From the NCBI RefSeq assembly GCF_963921235.1, contig NC_086098.1, positions 109,678,001 through 109,742,000 on the forward strand: DNA of 64,000 nt. Direction: 5' to 3'. Below are positions 48,749-59,564 of this stretch, one piece after another; the stretch's first letter is position 1, and the number at the start of each line of letters is the position of its first letter. The notes beneath the pieces were generated by a model, which saw only the letters and a list, made by a program, of their open reading frames with translations, had not been told where the DNA came from and made no database searches. This DNA comes from Mobula hypostoma. Taxonomy: Eukaryota. The position numbers and the translations under genes are program-made.

Positions 48749-49860
48749 TCTGCTCCCAGGATGAGGCTTTCTGTGTCAGGACATCTCAAATGTCCTCTTT
48801 CTTTAAGGATCGTGGTTTCCCTTCTACCGTCATCAGATGCCCTCACCAGCATCTCCTCCATTTCCCGCACTTCAGCCCTCATCCCATCCTCCCGCCACCA
48901 CAACAGGGACAGAGTTCCCTTGTCCTCACCTACCATCCCACCAGCCTCCGGATCCAGCACATTATCCTCCGCAACTTCTGCCACCTTCAACAGGACCCCA
49001 CCACTAAGCACATCTTTCCCTCTCCACCCCTCTCTGCATTCTGCAGGGATCAGTCCCTCTGTGACTCCCTGGTCCACACGTCCATCCCCACGGATCTCCC
49101 ACCCGGCACTTATCCCTGTAAGCATAAGTGCTACACCTGTCCCTACACCTCCTCTCTTGCCACCATTCAGGGCCCCAAACAGTCCTTCCAGGTGAGGAAA
49201 CACTTCGCTTGAGAGTCTGTTGGGGTCATCTATTGCATCTGGTGTACCCGGTGCGGCCTCCTCTACATCGGTGAAACCCGACGCAGATTGGGGGACCGCT
49301 TCGTCGAGCACCTCAGCTCCGTCCGCCACAACAGACAGGATCTCCCAGGTGCCACTCACTTCAATTCTGCTTCACATTCCCATTCAGATATCTTGATACA
49401 TAGCCTCCTCTACTGCCATGATGAGGCTAAACTCAGGTTGGAGGACCAACACCTCATATACTGTCTAGGTAGTCTCCAGCCCCTTGGTATGAACATAGAA
49501 TTCTCCAACTTCTAGTAATTCCCTCCCCCAATCCCAGTTTCACTGTGCTCCCTCCTCCAGCTGCCTATCACCTCCTTCTTGGTTCCGCCTCCTTCTACTA
49601 CCCATTATGTTTTCCCCTATTCCTTCTTCACCTTTCCTGCCTATCCCCTCCCTGCTTCCCCTCCCCCACGCCTTGATCTTTCCCCTTACTGGTTTTTCAC
49701 CTGGAACGGACCAGCCTTCTCCTTCCCACCCTCCCCCCACCTTCTTTATAGGGCCTCTGCCCCTTCCCTCTACAGTCCTGACGAAGGGTTCCGGCCCGAA
49801 ATATTGACTGTTTGTTTCCACGGATGCTGCCCGACCTGCTGAGTTCCTCCAGCGTGTTGT
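48749..49860 (+). mobile_element. Penelope-like element, right arm of a 2.3-kb palindrome
   Basis: Reverse complement of 47575-48692 with scattered substitutions; PCKHKCYTCP and LYIGETRRRLGDRFVEHL. Confidence 0.92.
49772..49811 (+). ncRNA. Minimal type I hammerhead ribozyme, apparently intact
   Basis: ACAGUC-CUGACGA-A-GGGU(UCCG)GCCC-GAA-AUAU-U-GACUGU: perfect 6-bp stem I, intact CUGANGA/GAAA core, palindromic AUAU in place of stem III, AUU cleavage triplet at 49803-49805. Confidence 0.8.
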
Positions 49861-50154
49861 CTGTGTTGCAGTGTATGGCTTTGTTCCCCTGGGTGTTCCT
49901 CTGGGTCAACAGCACTATGTTGCACTATGTGCTTGTGCCCTAGGGTTACTCTGGGACAGTGCACTGTATGCCTCGGTTCCCCAGTGGTCACTCTGGGACA
50001 GTGTTGCAATATATGATTTTGTTCCCATAGTGGTTGTCCTAGGCCAATGGCACTGTGGTGCAGTGTATGCTTCTGTCCCCAGAGGTTACTCTGGGACAGT
50101 GCACTGTTACATGTCTGCCTTTGTACCCCTAGCGGCTGCTCTCGAACAGTGGCA

Positions 50155-50298
50155 TAAACAAAATGCTGGAGGAACTCAGGACTGCCGAAGGGGTTCAGCC
50201 TGAAACGTTGACTGTACTTTCTTCCATTGATGCTGCCTGGCCTGCTGAGTTCCTCCAGCATTATGTGTGTTTTATTTGGATTTCTCTTGTTGTGACTT
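50155..50298. mobile_element. Mini inverted PLE-end insertion
   Basis: aatgctggaggaactcag...ctgagttcctccagcatt inverted pair with hammerhead remnant; 11-bp TSD gaacagtggca at 50144-50154 and 50299-50309. Confidence 0.8.
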
Positions 50299-50399
50299 GA
50301 ACAGTGGCAGTGTGTTTAAGTGCACTCTGTACTCCCAGCGACTCCAGTTTTCTTTGAGACAATGGCACCTTGTTGCGGCATCTGCCTGTGTCCCCCAGG

Positions 50400-50960
50400 A
50401 GTCGCTACGGGACAGCGGCGCCCTGCTGCAGTGGCAGTCAGCGTCCCCCAGGGGTCGCGTCGGGTAGGTACTGCGAGGGCGAGGGGGTGGGGGTGGTAAA
50501 GTGAGCAGTGTGCGAGTTGTGGAGTTTATTCTGCGTAGTTACGGCGAGAGTTGAAAACTGGAATTTCTTGCAAACCTGTGAGCACTTATTTAACGTGCCA
50601 CAAAATAAAGAACACCGTTTATAAAGGTAAATTGTATTTGCTTATTGTAACAGAACCTTTTCTCAGCGGGTTGCGTGAAGTTGTTGTTTTCCAGGTGTGT
50701 TCGTGTTTGTGCTTCACATCGGCTGACTGGCCCGTGCTGTTTTCTAGTGGTCGAGAGCTTCTGTTCCTTTAGGTTTTGTGTGTCGAGAAACAGAGGGTGG
50801 GGGAACTGAGACCGGCTCGGCGACGCTTTCGGGGAAGAGTCCGAACAGTTCTGATTGAAAGAAGCGACTCGGCTCAGTCTGGTTCGGCTGCGCGGCAGGT
50901 AGAGAGTGCGTGTTTCGCTAGTCCTGTGGGGATTGTCCACTGATCTCCTGGACACGACCC
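50400..50960 (+). promoter_or_regulatory. CpG island, probable promoter or non-coding first exon of the divergent neighbour gene (ANKRD6 by synteny)
   Basis: CpG-rich non-repetitive block; candidate donor GCAG|gtagag at 50898/50899; human order is UBE2J1(-), RRAGD(-), ANKRD6(+); no ANKRD6 coding sequence seen in the window. Confidence 0.45.
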
Positions 50961-51964
50961 AGATCGACAGTGCTGACTTGGAGAGTGCAGTTAGTTAGTG
51001 GTGATGTTTTTAGGAGATTTGGGCTCTCATGTGCAAGATTTGGGATTTGCTAGAAGTTCTATGTGCTGTTGAGTTATGGCAACCTTGAAATTCATTAAGT
51101 TTGTATTATTCTTCAGCTGGTGGTGTTTTGGGTTTATTTGAAGTGATCAGCAAAGGAAAAAAAGCTTTCTTGCAACAGTGTTGGCAACTTCAACAATAAA
51201 GTAGCATTGTTAGGTAAAAATAATAAAATAACATTTTACTAAGACTTTGGCATGGATTTAAATGTTACACAGTTACTTGACATCATATATCTAAAGATGA
51301 TACAGAAGTACACCTCAGATGCAGGCCTTTCGGCCCGACCAGTCTATGCCAACCCATCTCCACCAATCTAGTTCCAATCTCCTCCATTAGGCCTATACCC
51401 CTCTAAGCCCCACCTCTCCATGTGACTTAAGTACTGAAGCTGTAAATTCACCACCTGTGAGTGAAAAAGTTGCTCTTAAATCTTACCCCTCTCACCCACA
51501 TCCCCTAGTTTTGGACTCCCCTACTTGGGGAACGAATCATTACCATCTATGCCTCTCATAATTTTAAATTTTTCTATATTGTTGCCCACGTTCTCCTAAA
51601 TTCCACAGAATAAAGAACTGGCTTGGCTAACCTCTTTGAACCCTTTCCAGTTTCACAACCACCTCCTTATATCAGGATGAATAAAACTGTACACATCACC
51701 AACGATTTATGCAAAATATATATTGATATTGTGAGGCTACCAAAACTAATTTAGAATTGTTTAACAATATAAATTGGGTTTGGAAGGTCCTTTAATATTT
51801 AATTAATGCTTCTCGAAAGGACTCACTTTATTTATGAACACCAATACCGTACTTCTGTTCACAACAGCCCCACATTTAAATTTTGGCATCAGTTTCACAT
51901 GGGTTAAATACCATAAATATTGGATGTGAAAGTGGCGTTGAGTCAAGCAGGGAAAGCCTTATTA

Positions 51965-52235
51965 AGTCACGGTAGCGTGGCGGTTAGCTGAAAGTTGTTA
52001 CAGCTCGGGGCATTGGAATCAGAGGTTCTACCCCTCCGTCCTCTATAAGGAGTTTGTACGTCCTCCCCTCAGGATGTGTAGGTTTCCTCCAGGTGCTCCG
52101 GTTTCCTCCCACATGCCAAAGTCGTGCCAGTAAGTAGGTTAATTGGTCACTGTAAGTTGTTCTGTGATTAGACTAGGGTTAAATTGGGGGCACCGTGACT
52201 CAAAGGGCCAATTCCGGACTGTATCTCCAAATGAA
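51965..52235 (+). mobile_element. V-SINE-like element (related copies at about 45525-45800, 57670-57880, 62880-63100, 63728-63975; minus-strand at about 30890-31065, 40595-40800)
   Basis: tRNA-like head ggtagcgtggcggttagc; ggtttcctccaggtgctccggtttcctcccaca V-domain core. Confidence 0.75.
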
Positions 52236-54335
52236 TACAGTATAATAAACATGAGGTGACTTGAACCATCAGCAGGTATATGGAGCAGTTTCCCGTGGAA
52301 TTTAATTCTCTGTTGAAGATGAGATTGGAAAGTATCTGTGCTTGTGTATGCCATTTTTTAAATGAATGCTTAAAGGAAGTGAGAAAGAATTCCAGGAACT
52401 TGGAATGACCTCCGCTGAATTAGTGCCGATCAGGTAGAATTATTCAGGGGTAGCTGCAAGCTGGGAAACAATCTATGATCTATCGATGTGTAAATTTCAG
52501 CAACAAAGTTGTCAGGGTGCCTTTTGTTTTCCTGCTGAAGCTATGCTAGATGATCTGGAGAAGGCCTGCGCGAGTTCTGGAACTGTGAATTTCTCTCGAT
52601 CAGTCCAGCTTTGGGTTTTCAGGAAATGGGGAGGTGTGTGAAGTGCTGATCTGTGCTTGGCATGGAAGCAATGATTTGGAGTATCTAATTGAATATTTTT
52701 GGGAGAAAGAGGCATGTCTTGGATTTTCTTTATTAAACTTCTTTTGGGCTTTCTGTTGAAATAATGCAGCCCTTGTCTTGGCCTTAGATGGAGAATTCCA
52801 GATTCCCACCCAGAATGGGTGATGTGATTTCAAGTCAAGTGGGTGTGAGAATGTGTAGAAAAAAACATGACAAGGGCACTCTCATGGCTACTGCTATTAA
52901 TCCACAGTGAAAGGAAGACCTGACAACCTATTGAGAATAGTGCTGTGGTAAAAGAGGGAAATTTTGATGCTAAGGATGTTATTTGGCATCTATGATTTAA
53001 ATTTCAAAACTAAACTGTATTCATAAAACATATAAGAAATAAAAAAAAATTGTATAGCTCTCTTTACATTCAGTGTCATCTGTTCTAGTATTAGTCTTGG
53101 GCACTTTGCTCCAGAATCAATGTTGCACATACCATTATTGCTACTTGTGGCCTGCTGGGATGTTATAGACTTCAAGTGTTTTGAGAGGCTTAGGCCTGCC
53201 TAGTGGTAGAAGGCCCTTCGACTGCAGTCACTGGTGTTTTGATTAGGCTTGTAAGACAAGGGAAAGGCATTGGACAGAGAAAGCATGTAAAGAGTTTACA
53301 ATAATATTCGTATTTCTAAAAAGCGCATTTTATTGCAGGTGATTTTCACCAGGGAAAATTCTTAAGCACGCTATTATTGAATTCCTTTCTATTATATGCT
53401 GTATTTTGAGGTGAAAAATTGATTTTGGTTATAATTTGAGTCATGTGACAATATTCATTACTTTGATGTTTTTTGTGATACAGACAGCCCCCACATTTTC
53501 TCCAGTTTGGGTAAAAAAAAATCTGAAAATTAGAATCAAAATTTGCTCTCACAGAAATTATGTGTTCTTAATTTTATTTTCAGCTCACATTTTTTGAATG
53601 CGCAGATGATATGGCTTTGTATCACAGAAAATTGCAATGCAGATGGTTTTCCAGGTATACCCAGCCCCCTATTTTAATGCAGCAGTCACCTGTACTGTTT
53701 TAACATACAAGTAATCTAGTCAGCTCTGCATTTGTAGCCTTGGTATGTCTCTGGATGTCCTATACTACCGAAACTCTTTATCTACTATAGCAGCACTTTA
53801 CCTTATGAATTAATTAACACTTAATTAATGCATTTCCCCATTCACAGATGCAGAATGGAGAGTTTTAAGATAGAGAGGGAAAAAATGTTCATACGAAGGA
53901 TGTTTAGTACACTGTATCAGTGGGAGTTCTATCCTGGAATATTTCAAAATCCCACTAATCTCCACAGCCTTATACCATGTCCTTCAAATTTTTATCCATT
54001 TATAATCCTTTAAAGATAGAGTAACTTCATGCTCAATTCCTCTCACAAATCCTTTCATACTTTAGTATGAAGACAATTTTGATAATCTCCATTTTTTTTG
54101 TGAAGGATTACATGGTATGAAACCAGTAGGTTTGAGAAGGATTGCAGATATAGGCAATTCTTTGCAATAAAAAATTGCACTAATATAGAGGCGGATTCTC
54201 TTCTGAAATTAAAGAGGGTATTGAAAGTGTGTTCTCTCCCTCTGGCTATACTTTACTTGATGTCAGACCACCTGGTGCTGATAATGGATACTCGAAACTG
54301 GAAGTTCTTTGTTCTCAGCTTTGATAACCTTTATA

Positions 54336-56490
54336 CAGGGGCGGTGCTAAGGTGGTGCTAGCTGGTGCTATAGCCCCAGCAGAAACTACAATAGCACCAG
54401 CGTAGCACCACCAAGAAATTAACTGAAATTTCACATACTAATTGCAGCTGCTTTGCTTTCTCTGTATAATTTTGAATACAGCTTGTTTCTCCAGTTGATC
54501 TAGTGAAACAGCGCCCCCAGTTACCATAGCACCCATGCAGCAATAAAGTTATAAACTCTGTCAGATCCACTCTACACATGCTTATTCATTCATTGTCAAT
54601 GTCTTGCCGTTGCTGTCCGCAGATCAGTTAAGCTGATCTAAGATCACTTAAGGTGGTGATGTCACTCACGTGAGAGATTAATAGTATACATCCAGCCGCA
54701 GATCCATGGTCTTGCGAGACTATCGGATGCCTCCCCCCCCGCCCCCCCCCCCCCCACACACACACACAGCTTTTACAAGCTAGCGTGGGCCTGGCGTGTG
54801 CATTATTTTGGCGGTGTGAAAAATTTTTAGTGAGAAAATGACCTCATCCAGCGGAATCTCAGCCTGAGCCTGTCTTAATTGAAAGTGACATGCAGAAACA
54901 AGTAAGTGGGGATGAGGACGACAGCAGTTCATCGAAGGAGTGTGAGGGCGAAGTAGAAGAACAAAAAATGGAACGGGGTTCGGAAGAGAACGTGGATGAA
55001 GCTGCTCTTAGTGCTAGTGGGAATACTGTCAGCGATGTTGGCCAGCAGCCTGAGGAAGGATCCCATCGGCCAGCATTGGAAAAAGTACCCTTCGCTGCTC
55101 GCAACAAGTTTGGCAATCAGCAAAGGAGTTTTATTCGTGGCTGGTTTGACTGACTGGAATATTCGATCATGAAAGGTACTACATTCTGCTTCGCATGCAG
55201 ACATTTCCTGTGTGGAGGACATGGGTTCCATTCTGAGTCTACCTTCACTGTCACTGGTTACCGCAACTGGCGGAAAGCTACCACAGCTTTCAAAACCCAC
55301 CATGTAAGTGCAGCTCATAAGTTTGCTATGGAGGCACGGGCCGAATTCAGATTGAGAAAAAAAGATGGTTCAAGATTGGGAAATATGCTTGACAAAGAAC
55401 ATGCAAAGATTGTCCAAGAAAATCATGAGTATATGAGAGCAGTGGTTGAGTCTCTAGCAAGGACAGACAGTGAATGACACAGTGGAATTTCTAGCTCCAA
55501 TGAGACCCTACCGCGATGCATTTATAGATTTATACAAACTAATCTGCATATCACAGACTCTGCCTGTGACATCTTCTTCATGCAAACGGAGTTTCTCTTG
55601 CCTTAGACGCCTCAAAAACTACCTAAGGAATAGCAGCGGTGATGCTCGGAACAGCAACTTGGCCCTGTTGTCCGTAAACAGCCGGAGGACCAAAGCACTT
55701 GACATCCAGAAAATCATTGATGCTTTCACCACCAATCACAACACCAGCCGGGTTGTGCTTCTCTGAAAACATCAATGGTGAGTGCAGTTGATTTTTTAAA
55801 AAAATTGGGCCAAGTCTAATGCTGATTATTATTATTATTATTATTTTGTGGTGGATACCCTATAATCCTCATGTTTCCTGCAAATCCTAAACTATTACAT
55901 TTACTGCTATTAAGCCAACTTGGACTTACAAGCAGTGATTCTGTTGATTTTTGTTTTAAATTCAGTAGCCGAATTAATTGAGGTATTGCATGGTCAGAGT
56001 ACGATTTGTCCAACTCCTGGTAAAGCCTTGCATATGTTGTTTGCCTTATTTGACTTTAATAACGGTATATCTTTTGGCATTTTCTGTCTATGTAATGCGA
56101 ATAGCAGTGGACATTGTGGGTTAGTGTTGTGTTTTTCAGTTGAAAAGCACGCATTTGACGCTGATTGCAGGATTGGTCTGTGATTTACGTTGTGTGCTGT
56201 GGGTCGGATGCTCTGTTGGTTTGTTTGTTTATGCTCTGTGAAGCCCGAGTTGTCTCCGATGCTGCTGACGCTGTCACAGTTCACTTCTATATTAGATCTA
56301 TCAATTGCTGTTGCTTGTGAATCAACAGAGGCATTTATAGTAGGCACATAATGCTCGAAGCAGACTTTTGAACGCTATGCATCTGGCCTTGCGAATACAT
56401 ATTACCATAGGGTACATCCCTCAGCACCATCACTGAATAATTCAGCCCCACTGTAGCACCAGCAAGAAAAAATCTCTGGCGCTGCCACTG
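54336..56490 (+). mobile_element. hAT DNA transposon, internally deleted (TTF-type zinc finger plus hAT dimerisation domain)
   Basis: 8-bp TSD cctttata at 54328-54335 and 56491-56498; imperfect TIR caggggcggtgc / cagtggcagcgc; subterminal agcacc repeats; FCFACRHF..GYRNWRKA..H..S.AH and LPVTSSSCKRSFSCLRRLKNYLR. Confidence 0.92.
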
Positions 56491-59400
56491 CCTTTATAAG
56501 ACCATAATACATAGCAAAATTAGTACATTTGGCCCAACGACTCTATACCAATCCATCATCACTGATTTACTATCCCTCCCAACCCCATTCTCTTGCCTTC
56601 TTCCCATAACCCTCAACACCCTTACTAATCAAGAACCTGTCAACCTCCACTTTAAATATACCCACTGACTCCACAATCACCTGTGGCAATGAATTCCACA
56701 GATCCATTACCATCTGGCTAAAGAAATTCCTTCACATCTCTGCTCTATAAGGATGTCCTTCTTTGAGGCTGTGCCTTCTGGTCCCAGACTCCCCTACAGT
56801 AGGAAACATCCTCTCCATGCTCACTGTATCTAGGCCTATCAATATTTGAAAGTTTTCAATGAGGGAGGCAGATTTCTTTCTGGAAATAGAGTGGGTATTC
56901 AAAACATGTTCTTTCCCTCTGGCAACGTGTTATCTGATGTAGGAGTGGCTGTGCTGATGCTGGATACTTAAAACTTGAAGGTCTCTTCTCAGCATTGACG
57001 ACTTTATCCTGAAGAAAACAAACAATGAAGAGTAATACATTAACTGCAGCAAGCTATTTAATTCACAAAATTATGAAACCATTACATTACTTTCATAATA
57101 ATCATATTAAGTGGTTTATACACAACAGATAGCTTCTGCCCTGTTTCCAGCCTCTCTCTCATCGCCAAATTCCATGAATATGTTGTGGTCTTGCAAATTC
57201 ATGATCACCTTGCCCAAAGCTCTGTGCCTCTTCCACCTCACAGCATTGTGTAAGAACAGCTCTGACAAAGTTCATGAATGACGATCTGATTGTAACTGTT
57301 TTGCAACCTTTGTTGTGGAAGACTGTACCAGCCTCCTCAGGTGTGTCTCCATCAGTTTCCAGCCAAAGGTCACTGCACTCACCTGGTTCTATTCTTGACT
57401 GTTTCGACTCATGAGAAGGAAATCACCAGTAAAGGCTTCTCTTTAGCTCTGTCATTGCATGTGAAGTCTCTGTTGAATTTACTCCATTTGTCATCCTGCT
57501 CTTCAACATAATCAGAAAACATAGATTCTGTTTTTGAAGATGAAGTGATGACACTCAGCTTTTCCTTACCATCACCTTTGATTACTGACTCTAAACCATC
57601 AGCCAATTCACCTAAGATCCTACCCCAAATGGACAAAATTCTCTTTTAATTGAACGCTCGCAAGATTATAGGAGAGCACAGTAGTGTAGCAGTTTGTGCA
57701 GTCACTTTACCAAGCCAATGATCATCGATTGGGTTTTGATTCCCACTGCTGTCTCTAAGCATTTTGTATGTTCTCCTGTGACCGCACAGGTTTTCTTCCA
57801 CCTTCCTGAGCTGTCCGGTTAGGTTGGGGAGTTGTGGGCATGCTATTATTGTTGGTGCTGGAAGCCTGACAGCACCTGCCATTTTCAATGTACATGTAAC
57901 AAATAATAAAGCTATCCTCAATGAAAGCCATTGTTGTCATTCTCTATCCCAAGTTCTGTACTTTAATATGTGACACTATCTTCATTAAGGTAACTGTCTG
58001 CATCGGACAGCAATAGACAATAGGTGCAGGAGTAGGCCATTCAGCCCTTCAAGTCAGCACTGCCATTCACTGTGATCATGGCTGATCATCCACAATCAGT
58101 ACCCTGGTCCTGCCTTCTCCCCATATCCCTTGACTCCACTATCATTAAGAGCTCTATCTAACTCTTTCTTGAGAGCATCCAGAGAATTGGCCTCCGCTGC
58201 CTTCTGAGGCAGAGCATTCCACAGATCTAGAGTTGATTCTTGAGTTGACTTTTTGACCACGGAAGACCTTCGAAGCGTGCTAGCCACCCTACCATCTCTC
58301 CATCTGTGCCATGAATCAGCACAGGAGGAGGTAATTTCACCCATCAAGTGTGTAATGACTCTTTTTGGGGCAACCCAATCAGTCCTTTTTTCCCCATGTG
58401 GTCATGCAAAATTATTTTCCCCTCGTTGCCAATCCAATGTTTTTATTGTGCTTCCAGGCTGGTGTTCTGGATCTCCGTTCTCTTCCACATCCATTATGTT
58501 GGAGCCACCTATCTATTTTCTGTCTGTGTTATATTTTGTGGTGCATTTATTATGGGAATTGCAAGCGAGTTGGGATGTGGTAGAAGCAAGCGAATAGAGT
58601 TGCGTGTTCACTCTTAGTCAGTTAGTCTAGTTGAGTGGGAGCGAGTCAGGAGTATGATTTTTAAGGTTAGCTGTCAATTGGGACGTTATTGAAACGTTAG
58701 CTAGATGGCTAACTTTGCAATTTCACTAATTTTGCATAGCTACGCTAATATCACTATTAGACCACTAATTAGACTGTTATGTTGCTAATTTAGTTTTGTT
58801 CACTTTTTTATTGCTATAAGATCATTCATCTCATCTGGTTTTGTAATAAAGGATTGATGTGGAAATTAGTTATTTGGAAGTGCATCATAGAGTGTTGAGT
58901 GCCCTGGCTTAGTCTCTCAGTGGTTTCAGTTTGTTTTCAAGTAACTGCTACATTTTGTCAATAAAATAAATAATTATACCGAATGATGACCAATCTGCTG
59001 CAAACGATTGCCTTGGACCTGAAACAGGGACAGCAGTAGCTTGCTGTAGGATTATCTGCAAACTTTTGTTAATTGATGTTGGTTTTTTGTGGTTTGAACA
59101 CAGTTTTGAATGGCCAGCATTGCCCGTCCATTGGCGACTGTTGCTCGATCATATAGTGTTTACCTAAAGGTTCATCGCTTTGTTTTATCGAGGTGCTGAA
59201 ATATTATGGTTGCCGACGTTTGAATGGAAGGCTGTTTTTTGGTCTGGTTTAACCGCTGTGGATGTGTGCACAGTTTGTTTGTTGACTACGTTTATTGAAT
59301 CGAATATCGCTGGTGCTGTGGGTGAACAAAGAATTAATTACAAGTCGCACAACTAGAGAAAGTAACATGAGTGTATCGAACCATGAAATTGGCAGCAATG

Positions 59401-59564
59401 ACTGCAATTGGGGCTTGCAAAAGAGAAATTAAAGCTAAAGTTAACCACTGCACATTGCATGATTATTGCTTTTGAATCTGTTGTCCTGATCCTTGGAACA
59501 GCTTACCTTTTACACTTTCTAAACCTGTGATTTATCTTTTGCATTCTTGCGCACACTTATTTTA

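Larger units (their letters stand above)
47410..50460 (+). repeat. Degenerate 45-52-bp tandem array interrupted by two PLE insertions
   Basis: Unit approximately ctctgggacagtggcactgtggtgcagtgtatgcctctgtccccaggggtta at 47410-47535, 49860-50154 and 50299-50460. Confidence 0.75.

Noticed and set aside
48056-49359. Long ORFs (221, 330, 224 aa) as novel proteins
   Set aside because: They are antisense or chimeric frames across the PLE palindrome junction.
54890-55766. Domesticated ZMYM1-like gene
   Set aside because: Enclosed by TIRs and an 8-bp TSD, with an in-frame stop, frameshifts and a deleted catalytic core.
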